A stretch of DNA of 64,000 bases from Saprospiraceae bacterium (GTDB lineage: Bacteria > Bacteroidota > Bacteroidia > Chitinophagales > Saprospiraceae). Where the stretch lies: contig JALSPK010000003.1 in the NCBI GenBank assembly GCA_026986005.1, forward strand, positions 300 to 64,299, read 5' to 3'. Of the stretch, positions 18,107-28,210 are shown in pieces. The notes below the pieces were generated by a model. It was given only the letters and a program-made list of their open reading frames with translations. It was not told where the DNA came from and did not search any database. Positions within the stretch are counted from its first letter, which is position 1. Every line of letters begins with the position of its first letter. Both the position numbers and the translations under genes were made by a program.

Positions 18107-18793
18107 ATGCAAGGAAAAAAAATAATATTGACCGATGATGGTTCCCACTCTCTATTTTCTAATAGATTTAAGACTACATATCACTCTACCCACGGAGCGA
18201 TACAGGAAAGCAATCATATATACATAAATCACGGGTTAAAGTATTACCACAACATCAACAACAAAAACTCAATTAGTATTCTTGAATACGGATTTGGTAC
18301 AGGATTGAATGCATTGCTTTCATTGAAATACGCTATTAAAAAGGATATTAATCTAGTTTATCATGCTCTGGAAGCATATCCGGTGAGCATGGAGCAAATA
18401 AAATATTTGAACTATATCTCAAAGACCGATTCAAATAACTTAAGTAGGGAATTTGAAAAAATGCATCAAAAAGATTGTATGCTACAAGAGATTATACACG
18501 ACAAATTCACTTTGTCCAGAGATAATATTGAATTTGAAAAATTTGAAACTGATATTAAATTTGATATAATCTATTTTGATGCATTTAGTCCCAACGAACA
18601 AAGTTACCTCTGGGAAAGACCTTTTCTAGATTTAGCAACTTCATTTCTAAATCATAATGGGGTACTTATAACTTACGGTGCTAAAGGCTCATTCAAAAGA
18701 GCATTAAAAAGCCTTGGACTAACTATAGAAAATCCTCCGGGACCTCCGGGAAAACGAGAAATAACAAGAGCAATAAAAAAGGTGCATCCATAA
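18107..18793 (+). CDS. mnmD: tRNA (mnm5s2U34) methyltransferase, MnmD-type
   Basis: 228 aa. TDDGSHSLFS..F..TYHSTHGAIQES and LEYGFGTGLNALL...IYFDAFSPNEQSYLW are characteristic of the stand-alone MnmC methyltransferase domain. Confidence 0.8.
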   Translation: MQGKKIILTDDGSHSLFSNRFKTTYHSTHGAIQESNHIYINHGLKYYHNINNKNSISILEYGFGTGLNALLSLKYAIKKDINLVYHALEAYPVSMEQIKYLNYISKTDSNNLSREFEKMHQKDCMLQEIIHDKFTLSRDNIEFEKFETDIKFDIIYFDAFSPNEQSYLWERPFLDLATSFLNHNGVLITYGAKGSFKRALKSLGLTIENPPGPPGKREITRAIKKVHP

Positions 18794-18829
18794 TCAGGAA
18801 GCACCTCTTTTGTTTATTTTATAGTATGT

Positions 18830-21130
18830 TTATAGCTTTACAAATCTTTTAGATATAGTGCCAATCTTATCAATGTATCTCACGATATACTGACCACATG
18901 ATAATGATGACACATCAAGATTTACAGAGTCAACCCCGTCCGGCACATCAATAGTCTTAATCGCTTTTCCTTGCATATCGAATATATTAAGAATACCATT
19001 CTCAACTTTATCACTAAATCCAACTCTAATATCATTTTCAACGCGCGTAGGTGTGATAAACATATCCTTTTTGTCCGCAACAAATACCACTTGCTGTACA
19101 CCAAAGGATTCGCTTCTACCATCCAAATCATATTGCACAAGTCTATAATAATTGACTCCGATTGAAGGGTTAGCATGTGTATAACTATACTCTATCTTTT
19201 CTCTACTACTACCTGCCCCATCTATCTTTGCTATCTCTTCAAAATTAACACCGTCTATACTCCATTCTACCACAAAATAATCGCTATTCTCCTCTGACAA
19301 AGTCGACCACTCAACAAGAGTATTATTACCGGCTTTTTTAACAGAAAAATCTAAAAGCTCGATAGGAATAGCACAACTACTACCTCTGATTACTACATCA
19401 TCCAAATACCATGTATTGAAAGCAGAAAGAAATTTAAAATGAACGTACTGTTTTGATGACAAAGCATCACCATTTGCGGTATTAATAGCTGTAAGATCTA
19501 CTGATTCTGTTTTCCCGGCAGTAGTGGCGCTAAAGCTATAAAATTGAGTCCACTCTCCTGCATCACCAATCCTATATTCTAAAGTAGCTGTTTGATTATT
19601 TCCACCACCACTAGCATCCTGATAAAACTCTAATGTCTCAGGGTAGTTGAATGACGGAGAAAAAATATCATCTCCACTTCCAATAGCTCTACAGTTGGCA
19701 GCAGCTCCTGCATGAGTACCGGTAGTTTCATTCGCTGTACCATTATTTGTCCAGCCATCAGGCACACCACCATCAAAATGCTCTTCGTGACAAATAGGTG
19801 CCGCTGCAGGTGTTACATCAAAGGCATCTGATGTTTTCGTTTGAGGAGCGGTCCAACCACCATTATCAGCAGTAATTGTCACACCCGTTCCCGTAGCTGA
19901 AAAAATCAGATTATCAAAAGTTGCAATTCCTGATACCGGTAAGACACTAGTAGTAGCAGAACCAGAAAAAGTACCCGTAGTAGTCATCGTGACATCAAAT
20001 CCCGAACCATTATAATCCACATCGACATTGCCATTGACATCAGTATATGCAACTGTTACAGCAGGAGACATTACTGTATTAACCTCAACATCAGTAGGTT
20101 GTTGTTGATATTGCATCTCTGTTGCCTCTACATCTATGGTAAAATCATTGGAATAAAAGTCTCCTCCGCTAAATACGGGTTTGAACTGTGTGCCGCTCGG
20201 ATCTGCCGTAAAACCGTGATTATCCACATCGACCATAAAAGATAATATTTTGCCATCCTCAATATTTGAAGTATTGAGATATACAGCAATATATAAGTCC
20301 CTTGTAGTATTATCAGCTACATCAAAGTCTCCACTATTAAACGCTATATCTATATAAGTATCTTGTATATCTACACTACTGGGTGTTAGAGTAACTGAGC
20401 CGTCATCCAATACCAAACCGCCTATATTGTTTGTCCAATCCGCAGTGTTGGTATTTTTAGGTTTTAATCTGACATTAGTCACATGAGTCGGCAATCCATC
20501 GGATGCCCCCCAATCATAAAAAGTCATCTCAAAAACACTAACAGGATTGTTGGAATCATCATTGCCTGTGGAGGAAATTGTTGTACCTGTAGGTTGGCTA
20601 CCAGTGTCAGCAGCTTCTGCATCAGCATCGTTGGAAGAAGAAAAACCAGTCCAACTAATGTTATCAACTATTACTTGTTTGCTTGTTATATCTCTTATTT
20701 CAATTGTAACATTACCGGAAACATTAATACCATTAACGGAAAAATTATGTACATTAGTATCATCAAAGGCTTCAGAAGTACCTTTTGAAACACCATTGAT
20801 AAAAAGTTCAACCTGCCTATTTCCAGCGCCAGTATATGCTTTTTTCAAATCACAAGAAAAATCTCCTAAACCGCCAGCCACAGCATCAGAATATACTTTA
20901 CTATTCGAGCTAGATCTTCGAAGCATTATTCCTTCATTCGTAATTTTAAATCCAGCATCATCTCTAGATTGAACATAATTCCATGTCACGCTATTATCCC
21001 CTACAAAAGAACCATCAGAATAACTACTTGGTAAATTAGCATTTTCGAACGATTCAGATCCTTGTCCATTCATCTGGACAGCAAAAAATAATGAACTCAT
21101 CACCACTAACAATGTAAATATTTTTTTCAT
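18830..21130 (-). CDS. Secreted surface protein with a T9SS type A C-terminal sorting domain
   Basis: The start is moved to MKKIFTLLVVMSSLFFAVQMNGQ (signal peptide). The C-terminus ILNIFDMQGKAIKTI...GQYIVRYIDKIGTISKRFVKL matches the type A CTD. An Ig-like module (LLDFSVKK..NTLVEWSTLSEENSDYFVVEWS) precedes it. Confidence 0.8.
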   Translation of the reverse strand: MKKIFTLLVVMSSLFFAVQMNGQGSESFENANLPSSYSDGSFVGDNSVTWNYVQSRDDAGFKITNEGIMLRRSSSNSKVYSDAVAGGLGDFSCDLKKAYTGAGNRQVELFINGVSKGTSEAFDDTNVHNFSVNGINVSGNVTIEIRDITSKQVIVDNISWTGFSSSNDADAEAADTGSQPTGTTISSTGNDDSNNPVSVFEMTFYDWGASDGLPTHVTNVRLKPKNTNTADWTNNIGGLVLDDGSVTLTPSSVDIQDTYIDIAFNSGDFDVADNTTRDLYIAVYLNTSNIEDGKILSFMVDVDNHGFTADPSGTQFKPVFSGGDFYSNDFTIDVEATEMQYQQQPTDVEVNTVMSPAVTVAYTDVNGNVDVDYNGSGFDVTMTTTGTFSGSATTSVLPVSGIATFDNLIFSATGTGVTITADNGGWTAPQTKTSDAFDVTPAAAPICHEEHFDGGVPDGWTNNGTANETTGTHAGAAANCRAIGSGDDIFSPSFNYPETLEFYQDASGGGNNQTATLEYRIGDAGEWTQFYSFSATTAGKTESVDLTAINTANGDALSSKQYVHFKFLSAFNTWYLDDVVIRGSSCAIPIELLDFSVKKAGNNTLVEWSTLSEENSDYFVVEWSIDGVNFEEIAKIDGAGSSREKIEYSYTHANPSIGVNYYRLVQYDLDGRSESFGVQQVVFVADKKDMFITPTRVENDIRVGFSDKVENGILNIFDMQGKAIKTIDVPDGVDSVNLDVSSLSCGQYIVRYIDKIGTISKRFVKL

Positions 21131-21278
21131 TTTTTTGGTTTTTGATACCAAAACAGAGCGCTTCCGAGAGTTTATATTGGGGGAGCTATAAACACTAAAA
21201 ATTTCTTTTTTGGTATAGTTAAAAATATCACCGAATTCGGAATGGTCAACCAAAATCGATAAACAAATTAATATACTG

Positions 21279-21286
21279 CAAAGGTA
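21279..21286 (-). promoter_or_regulatory. -7 promoter box TACCTTTG upstream of the 18830-21130 gene
   Basis: The reverse complement of caaaggta. It lies inside the N-terminal extension of the ORF-track call, which supports the downstream start at 21130. Confidence 0.4.
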
Positions 21287-21368
21287 AGTCATATTGAAGA
21301 CAAATTAAACTATTCAATGTGAATTTTATATTAAAATTAATATTTTAACATTTTGCTATATATTTTAT

Positions 21369-21536
21369 AGAGCAGTTTTGCTCACCCGCTTTTGCTCAGG
21401 CTCAAACTTAGCAAGCCTGTGATTTCCTTACCCACCTCCGAACAAAAGGTCTCTTGACCTCTTTGCAAATAAAACACAAACCGAGACCATAGCCTCTTTA
21501 AGTATGTTTTTAGTGTAATGCGAGCACAAAACTGAT
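21369..21536. ncRNA. Candidate structured small RNA (family and strand unknown)
   Basis: A GC-rich island in an AT-rich divergent intergenic region. The closing helix is 21373-21383 (cagttttgctc) with 21522-21534 (gagcacaaaactg, 2-nt bulge). Internal hairpins are caggct/agcctg (21397-21402 / 21414-21419) and ggtctc/gagacc (21448-21453 / 21483-21488). No ORF. Confidence 0.25.
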
Positions 21537-21604
21537 TATATTTTGAACTTCCTCAGGTTTTAATAGTTTATATTTTTTATTAGAGTAATAATTAAATTGT
21601 ATAA

Positions 21605-22207
21605 ATGAAAGAAAGGATAAAAAAATATTGGAGAACTAAATCTGCCTTTTCCAAATTCGGCGATGCTTTTTTTATTGTATTTGTCGTAGCAATGTTATTT
21701 CCGCAAGGAAGACTTGCTATTGGAGGTGCTATAAACAGGATTAAAGCTATTTTTGTACAACCCAGCCTTAAAGTTGATGGTGATATACTTTCTGACAAAG
21801 ATTTAAACTGGAAATTACAGAATAAAGAAGGAGAGAATATAGATCTCATAAAATCTAAAGGTAAAGTTATATTTATCAACCTTTGGGCTACTTGGTGTCC
21901 TCCTTGCGTAGGTGAAATGCCTGAAATTCAAAAGTTGTACGACCATTTTAAAGATAATAAAAATATTGATTTTTTTCTTATTACAAATGATAATATCAGC
22001 AAGATTAAATCATTTATCACAAAAAGAGAGTACACTTTTCCTACCTTTCATTCGGTTGGAGAAACTCCTATTCCTTTTCGAGTTAGAAGTATCCCTACGA
22101 CATTTTTAATATCTAAGGATGGAAAAATTGTATTGAAAGAAACCGGAGCAGCAAATTGGGGCGGAAAGAAAATGATTAAAATCGTAGATAATTTAATAAA
22201 TCAATAG
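21605..22207 (+). CDS. TlpA-family thiol:disulfide oxidoreductase (thioredoxin fold)
   Basis: 200 aa. N-terminal TM anchor and a WATWCPPCVGEMPE active site. Confidence 0.85.
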   Translation: MKERIKKYWRTKSAFSKFGDAFFIVFVVAMLFPQGRLAIGGAINRIKAIFVQPSLKVDGDILSDKDLNWKLQNKEGENIDLIKSKGKVIFINLWATWCPPCVGEMPEIQKLYDHFKDNKNIDFFLITNDNISKIKSFITKREYTFPTFHSVGETPIPFRVRSIPTTFLISKDGKIVLKETGAANWGGKKMIKIVDNLINQ

Positions 22208-22245
22208 AAAAAAAGCTGCTCGTGAGCACGAGCAGCTTTTTTTGT
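22208..22245. terminator. Bidirectional rho-independent terminator
   Basis: aaaaaagctgctcgtgagcacgagcagcttttttt: a GC-rich 9-10 bp stem flanked by an A-run and a T-run, between convergent genes. Confidence 0.8.
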
Positions 22246-25200
22246 TTATTTTACAAGATTCAAATTACCTTGTTGTGTGTATTTATCTGAGTCTTCACAT
22301 TCTACATTTACACGGTACGTGTAAGAGTCGGGAGGTAAAGGTTTGCCTCTAAATGTACCATCCCAATTTATATATTCATCACCACTTCCTTTAAAAACCA
22401 ATTCTCCCCACCTGTCATATATATATATATCAACTCCTCTCAAATATTTACCCCTTGCTCTGAAAGTATCATTTACTCCATCACCATTGGGTGAAAAAGC
22501 ATTTGGTATATAGATATCATCTTCATTACAAGCAGGATCTATCACGTGAATTGTGACACAATCTACATCTGTACAACCGTACTCATCTGTCACAGTTACA
22601 CAATAATCTTTATTTCCTGTGTCAGCTGAAGTAGGAGTGATTGTTATTGTCTCAACATCAGTCTCTCCGGTACTCCACAATATTGTTGAATTGTCAGGCA
22701 CATTATTAACTGTAATGTTTGTTGGATTAGTAATCACCAATTCAACAGTATCTGCTTCTACATAAATATCTATATCACTAACAATCACAGACACTATAAA
22801 CAAAGAGTCGCAACCTACATCTCCTAAATCTGTCACCAGCACTTCAAAATCAGTACTTTCAGTTACTACAACTGTAGGTGTATTTGTATCTTCGCCTGCG
22901 ATTACTTCATTTCCAGACCAATGGTAACTTAAATTATTAGATGTATTGTTTGTTATATTTAATTGCAATGTATCACCTTTGCAACGAACACCCGGATCAT
23001 CATATGTCAAATCAAATACATATTCCTGTAAAAATATTTTTGCTGTATCTGAACATCCATAAGCATCAACGGCAATTACAGAAACTTCCATATCTCCTTT
23101 GGGAAATATTTTAAGAGTATCCCCTGATCCTAAATTATTTTGTCCTTCAAACCAATTCAATTCAACTGTTTCAACATTTGTTTTAGCAATCAAAGTAATC
23201 TCATCACCTGTACAATAAATCAATGAGTCACTATTATTATCTATTGTCACATCAATTATTTCAGGAACTTCAACTTCCTTTTCCAAAATTGATTTATCAT
23301 CACAATCCCCTATTTTAACTTCCAATGTAACCAAATACTTACCGGGCTCAGCATATGTGTAACAATCTTTAATAAAATTAGAAGTATCACCTGTGATATC
23401 CAAAACTCCAAAATCCCAGTGAAAACCACTTAACACTGCAGCTGTTGGATTATTTACATCAAAGCACATCTCATAAGAACCACATTGCAAATAACTTGCT
23501 ATATCCAGTTCTGGGCCTTGTTCTGCAAAAACATGAATAGTATCTGTAAGCTCACAACCATAATCAGAAGTTGCATAAAATACCAAATAGTAATCTCCGA
23601 TTGTTTCTGTTTTAATATATATTATATTTGAATCAAGATCACTTATTATTATAGGATTTACGTCCCATTTTATATGAGTTTTTGAATCTAGACCTTTTAT
23701 CTCTATTTTAGTTTTAAAGTCTGTCAAATAGCAAATCTCTTTTTTATAATCTAATTTTAGTGTACCATTTACTACAGTAATACTATCTATATTATTAGAG
23801 CAGGCAGTCGTAGGATCTACTCTCAAGAATATCTTATTATTGATACCGGTTAATTTAATAGTAACATGTTCCCCCTCTGCTATAATATCAGAGAATGTAC
23901 TAGAAAATGACCATTGGTATACATTATCTGCACTACCATCACCAATAGCTGTAAGATCTACAGAGTCTACACAAACTGTATCTTCCCCTTCTATCTTAAC
24001 ATCAAAATAATCTTTAACGACCACTTTTACCGTACCGGAATCCGTACATATACCATCTGTCACCGTTACGGAATATTCCATGTCTCTATCTAAAACAAAA
24101 GTAGGATTAGACTTATCATTAGGGTCAGAACCAAAATCCAAGCCTTCTTCGGTACTCCATGTATATGTCCAAGCTGAATTTGGATTCTTAACTATTTTCT
24201 TAGTATCTCCTTTGCAAACTACAATAGGATCTCCCAAAAACACTATTTTTGCAAAAGTAAGAAGTACCACTTTTTCAATACTCGCCTGACATCCTTCCTC
24301 AGTATCTACATCTAAAATAATTCTAACACTATCTTCTTTAGGAATTGTAATCTGGACAATCTTTCCTGAAGCATTCAATGTCAATGATGAAAAATTGAGA
24401 GTCCATTTACTATCTTTCCATGTATACAACGGATTCAAAAGGTCAAATTTGTCATTCAAATTCAATGTGATGTCCAATGAATCCGAATAACACTCATTTA
24501 TTTCAACATCAAAATCAGCAATCAATTCATCTTTAACAGCTATTATTCTTTTAGTGGTTTCGTTTGAACAATTTGCAATCTGACTATAAGCTATTAGTGT
24601 GACATCAAATGTATCTTTACCTGAAGAAGGAAGAGTATAGACAAGATCAAATTCATCAGGATTGGCTGAAGTTATCGTTTGCCCTGTCGAATGGGTATAA
24701 ATACTCCATGTATAGCTATCAGCATATAGGCTTACATTCTTCAGTACGAGTGTATCAGTTTGTGCTGATCCGCAAATTGCGTCAACACTTTCAATAATTG
24801 CTTGTGGTGGTTCTACACATTCTCTTACATTATACTCAAAATCTCTTCTAACAACACCTATTAATTCACCTTCACGGTATTCTGAAACTTGCACTCCAAC
24901 TAGGTATTGCCCCGTATTTTCAGGAGTTCCTGTAATCAATCCTGTTTCAGAATCTATTTTCAAAGGATCTGTGCTTCCAAACACATTATTCTCACTAAAG
25001 CCATTTTTCCAAGTAACCTGTCTATTTAGATATGGCACAAAATCAGCATGAACTTCCGGTTTTGGCTTTGCAATAGTCCCTCCCAAAAATGGTGTATACA
25101 AACTATATACCAAGGAGTCTCCATCAATATCACTAGCGGAATGATCAAAATTCAAATTCTCTCCTGCACATATATATATATCAGGCCAATCATTAAATAC

Positions 25201-25722
25201 AGGTGAATTATTGCACTCGTCATAAGCATATTCATCTATTTCAATCATATAAGAATTACCTGTCTCTAAAGGATTTTCAATATTCAAAAGACTTTCATTA
25301 CGACAACATCTCTGATAATACAATCTATGCACTCTTCCCGTGAGAGGTCTAGGTAATTTTATTGTATCGATATACACCGCTTCATGTACACATACATCAT
25401 CTCCCAAAACTCCACATCTCCTGTTCAATGATTCATCCAATGTATCACTACCTGTATAGGTCAAAAGGAGAAGACCTCCTTGATTAGGCTTGAGAGGACC
25501 ATTATATTGATCAAAAATAGCAATTACCGCCTTCTCATCAAACTCAGCATCATCCGCCCCCAAATAGCAATCTCTTCTAATCGTCAACTTGATTTCAAAG
25601 TATCCATTGCCCAAGCATCTATAGGTAAAGTCTCCACCTACCATGTGTGTCGCTTTACTTTCAGTAGACAAAAGCAACAAGAATGTGGAAAACAATAAAA
25701 GTTTTAGTATTTTATTAATCAT
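22246..25722 (-). CDS. Cys-rich T9SS type B cargo protein (PKD/Ig-like repeats plus gliding-motility C-terminal domain)
   Basis: 1158 aa. Signal peptide MINKILKLLLFSTFLLLLSTESKA. The C-terminus IYIPNAFSPNGDGVNDTF...IYDRWGELVF...WDGTFRGKPLPPDSYTY matches the type B CTD. Confidence 0.9.
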   Translation of the reverse strand: MINKILKLLLFSTFLLLLSTESKATHMVGGDFTYRCLGNGYFEIKLTIRRDCYLGADDAEFDEKAVIAIFDQYNGPLKPNQGGLLLLTYTGSDTLDESLNRRCGVLGDDVCVHEAVYIDTIKLPRPLTGRVHRLYYQRCCRNESLLNIENPLETGNSYMIEIDEYAYDECNNSPVFNDWPDIYICAGENLNFDHSASDIDGDSLVYSLYTPFLGGTIAKPKPEVHADFVPYLNRQVTWKNGFSENNVFGSTDPLKIDSETGLITGTPENTGQYLVGVQVSEYREGELIGVVRRDFEYNVRECVEPPQAIIESVDAICGSAQTDTLVLKNVSLYADSYTWSIYTHSTGQTITSANPDEFDLVYTLPSSGKDTFDVTLIAYSQIANCSNETTKRIIAVKDELIADFDVEINECYSDSLDITLNLNDKFDLLNPLYTWKDSKWTLNFSSLTLNASGKIVQITIPKEDSVRIILDVDTEEGCQASIEKVVLLTFAKIVFLGDPIVVCKGDTKKIVKNPNSAWTYTWSTEEGLDFGSDPNDKSNPTFVLDRDMEYSVTVTDGICTDSGTVKVVVKDYFDVKIEGEDTVCVDSVDLTAIGDGSADNVYQWSFSSTFSDIIAEGEHVTIKLTGINNKIFLRVDPTTACSNNIDSITVVNGTLKLDYKKEICYLTDFKTKIEIKGLDSKTHIKWDVNPIIISDLDSNIIYIKTETIGDYYLVFYATSDYGCELTDTIHVFAEQGPELDIASYLQCGSYEMCFDVNNPTAAVLSGFHWDFGVLDITGDTSNFIKDCYTYAEPGKYLVTLEVKIGDCDDKSILEKEVEVPEIIDVTIDNNSDSLIYCTGDEITLIAKTNVETVELNWFEGQNNLGSGDTLKIFPKGDMEVSVIAVDAYGCSDTAKIFLQEYVFDLTYDDPGVRCKGDTLQLNITNNTSNNLSYHWSGNEVIAGEDTNTPTVVVTESTDFEVLVTDLGDVGCDSLFIVSVIVSDIDIYVEADTVELVITNPTNITVNNVPDNSTILWSTGETDVETITITPTSADTGNKDYCVTVTDEYGCTDVDCVTIHVIDPACNEDDIYIPNAFSPNGDGVNDTFRARGKYLRGVDIYIYDRWGELVFKGSGDEYINWDGTFRGKPLPPDSYTYRVNVECEDSDKYTQQGNLNLVK

Positions 25723-25739
25723 AATTGAATTATTTATAA

Positions 25740-28181
25740 TTATTTATTTTCATTTAAATCTGTATTAATCTGTATAACCTCCACTCTTCTCTCCTTGGAT
25801 GCTTTCACTCCATAGATAGAATGTTTTTCATCTTTCAAGCTATCACTTATATCTTTTGGTGCCAATGATTCACCGTAAGAAACATCCGTAATAATCAATT
25901 GGCCTGATTTCATATAAGGTAAAAATACTCCACCTTTATATTTTCTTATTTCATTGTCTAAAGAACTCACTCTACGCTGTGCTAAAATCAAATTATACTT
26001 ATAATCTGCCCTTGGACTTGCAAATCCCTTTAAGCGAATTCCAACTGTATGACCATTTTCCAATACCGCCAATAATGTACTCATGAAGAACTCAATCTTC
26101 TCTTTTCCCGCCTTAACATCATAATCAAAGAAACTTTCTATTTCATTTTTGGCCTGTTCTATAAGGTAATCTTCAGATATGTCTTTTGTATACCTCTTGA
26201 CAAATGTATCTTTTCTCTTTATATAGCTATTGTAGGTTTCTGTATATGTTTTTTTTGTATATTTCTTTCTTGATCTAATATCGGGTTTATCATTGTCAAA
26301 GTAAACAACTAATGGCAAATATGCATTGAGTAAATCAGGTAAGTATAACTTCTTGATGATTTCTACTCCTTCAAAATCATTGGTATTAATAAATGAGTTG
26401 ACACTTTGATATCCTTTCCTTTTCGCAGTTACTTTATAATTGTGACCTCGTAAAATTTCAAAATGAAAATCATTATCAGAGATATTACTTATCACAACCG
26501 GATCAACAGATTTATCCGTTAAATTTTCCAATGTTAATTCAACTCCCTTGAGTTTTAGCAAAGTTGTTTTATCAAATGTCAAAACCTTCAGATTCAGATC
26601 CATTGGTATTAAATACATTTTTTTAGTAACCGTCTCTGATTTACTTATTCCCAGTGTATTAAACCTTATCGTATCCGGTTCATACCCCAATCTAGATGCA
26701 ATAACGTAATAATTACGACCACTTAACAATTTAAAGTGGGACTCATTACTAGCCACTTCTGTTAATTCTCCAATTAATTCATTTGTATTAGCATCATAAA
26801 GTTTAACCGTTGTACCGGGTAAATCCTGCAATGTTCTTTTATTAAAAGTTAATATTTTTAAATCAATATCAATAGGTTTTATATCAACTTCAAATATATC
26901 AAAGCAACAAGCTTCTGTTTGAGGATCCAAATACAATGCACCTTCTCTATTTGAAGAAAAATACGCTTTAGAACCATCTTCTGAAAGCCAATAATAGATA
27001 TCATCATAACTACTATTTAAGGGAAATCCCTGATGCACAGGAGTTCCAAACTCTTCCTCTTCAAATGGTACAGCGTAGATATCAAAACCACCCATATTCA
27101 TATATCCTTTGGAACTAAAATAAAGTGAATTGGAATTTGTATAGTAAAAAGGTGTAATATCATCTTCCTTGGTATTGATTGAACTCAAGTTTACCGGTCT
27201 CGTATAATTACCGTTTTGGTCAATGATAGAATAATAAATATCTCTTTTACCTTTACCGCCTTTTCTGTCTGAAACAAAATATAAAATCTCTTTATTCAAA
27301 ATACTATTGTACCCGATATTGGGTTGTGTGTTGGTATAGTCAGGGTCATTAATGAAATCAGGCAATTTTACCGCCTCTCCAAATGTACCGTCTTTGTGTG
27401 CATCAACAGAATAAATATCACATCTTATTTCAGCGACGCCTTTATAATCGCAAATGGTATAATATGCCTTAGATTTGTCTTTATTGTAAGTCAAATGTGC
27501 ATTTAAATAAACACCCTTATTTATAGTGGAATCAGCAGAAACACTAACATCATTTTCAACTTTTAAAATTTTTGAAATAGGTCTGGGTGGATTATTGGAA
27601 TCCTTTTTCCGTTTGAATCTCATTGAGGTATAGTAAAACATATTCTCGTTTTCCATACCGGCAAAATCTGAATATGGTGAGTTAACGTCTCCTTCCATAT
27701 GACTTATTTTGATGCTTTCGCTCGGATTTTCTATCAGACCTAAAGCCCAATTACATGCTTCTATCTCTTTCTTTGCCCTTTTTATAAAATACTCATCCTC
27801 CCCTCCGTGTTCAGAAAGATAGATATTATATAAATCAATAGCTTCGTTGTATTTGCCAAGTCTTTGTTTTATATCAGCTAACCAGAAAGAGGTAAGAGAA
27901 TACTGATTCGTACTATCAGAATCTATAAGCTCCTGATATTTGGTCTCGGCAAGATTAAATGCATTAAACATTCTAGCTGATTCTGCACTTTTATACAATA
28001 AATCATACCTGTCGTCTTTAAACTCATTGGCAGCAAGATAATATTTGAGAGCAGAACCGAAGTTCTTATCCTCAAATGATTTTTCTGCAGCAACCAAAAA
28101 TGCTTTCAAAGACTGAGCTTTAACCAAATTATTGGCTGCTAGAAAAATCAATATTATAAAAAATATATTTTTTTTGTTCAT
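25740..28181 (-). CDS. OmpA-family protein with TPR, TolB-like PD40 and CarboxypepD_reg-like modules
   Basis: 813 aa with a signal peptide. N-terminal TPR-like repeats, PD40-like stretches (ILYFVSDRKGGKGKRDIYYS), and a C-terminal OmpA-like peptidoglycan-binding block (LKGFASPRADYKYNLILAQRRVSSL). Confidence 0.85.
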   Translation of the reverse strand: MNKKNIFFIILIFLAANNLVKAQSLKAFLVAAEKSFEDKNFGSALKYYLAANEFKDDRYDLLYKSAESARMFNAFNLAETKYQELIDSDSTNQYSLTSFWLADIKQRLGKYNEAIDLYNIYLSEHGGEDEYFIKRAKKEIEACNWALGLIENPSESIKISHMEGDVNSPYSDFAGMENENMFYYTSMRFKRKKDSNNPPRPISKILKVENDVSVSADSTINKGVYLNAHLTYNKDKSKAYYTICDYKGVAEIRCDIYSVDAHKDGTFGEAVKLPDFINDPDYTNTQPNIGYNSILNKEILYFVSDRKGGKGKRDIYYSIIDQNGNYTRPVNLSSINTKEDDITPFYYTNSNSLYFSSKGYMNMGGFDIYAVPFEEEEFGTPVHQGFPLNSSYDDIYYWLSEDGSKAYFSSNREGALYLDPQTEACCFDIFEVDIKPIDIDLKILTFNKRTLQDLPGTTVKLYDANTNELIGELTEVASNESHFKLLSGRNYYVIASRLGYEPDTIRFNTLGISKSETVTKKMYLIPMDLNLKVLTFDKTTLLKLKGVELTLENLTDKSVDPVVISNISDNDFHFEILRGHNYKVTAKRKGYQSVNSFINTNDFEGVEIIKKLYLPDLLNAYLPLVVYFDNDKPDIRSRKKYTKKTYTETYNSYIKRKDTFVKRYTKDISEDYLIEQAKNEIESFFDYDVKAGKEKIEFFMSTLLAVLENGHTVGIRLKGFASPRADYKYNLILAQRRVSSLDNEIRKYKGGVFLPYMKSGQLIITDVSYGESLAPKDISDSLKDEKHSIYGVKASKERRVEVIQINTDLNENK

Positions 28182-28210
28182 ATCAAATCTGTTTTCAAGA
28201 TTTTAAAATT

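Noticed and set aside
21131-21292. N-terminal 54-aa extension of the 820-aa ORF
   Set aside because: A canonical signal peptide starts at the ATG at 21130. In addition, a TACCTTTG promoter box (21279-21286) lies inside the extension.
22417-22430. (AT)7 dinucleotide repeat inside the type B cargo gene as a phase-variation switch
   Set aside because: It encodes the conserved DIYIYD segment of the type B CTD (gat ata tat ata tat gac), so it is explained by the protein sequence. The tract is short, and a similar (TA)n occurs at about 25180 in the same gene.
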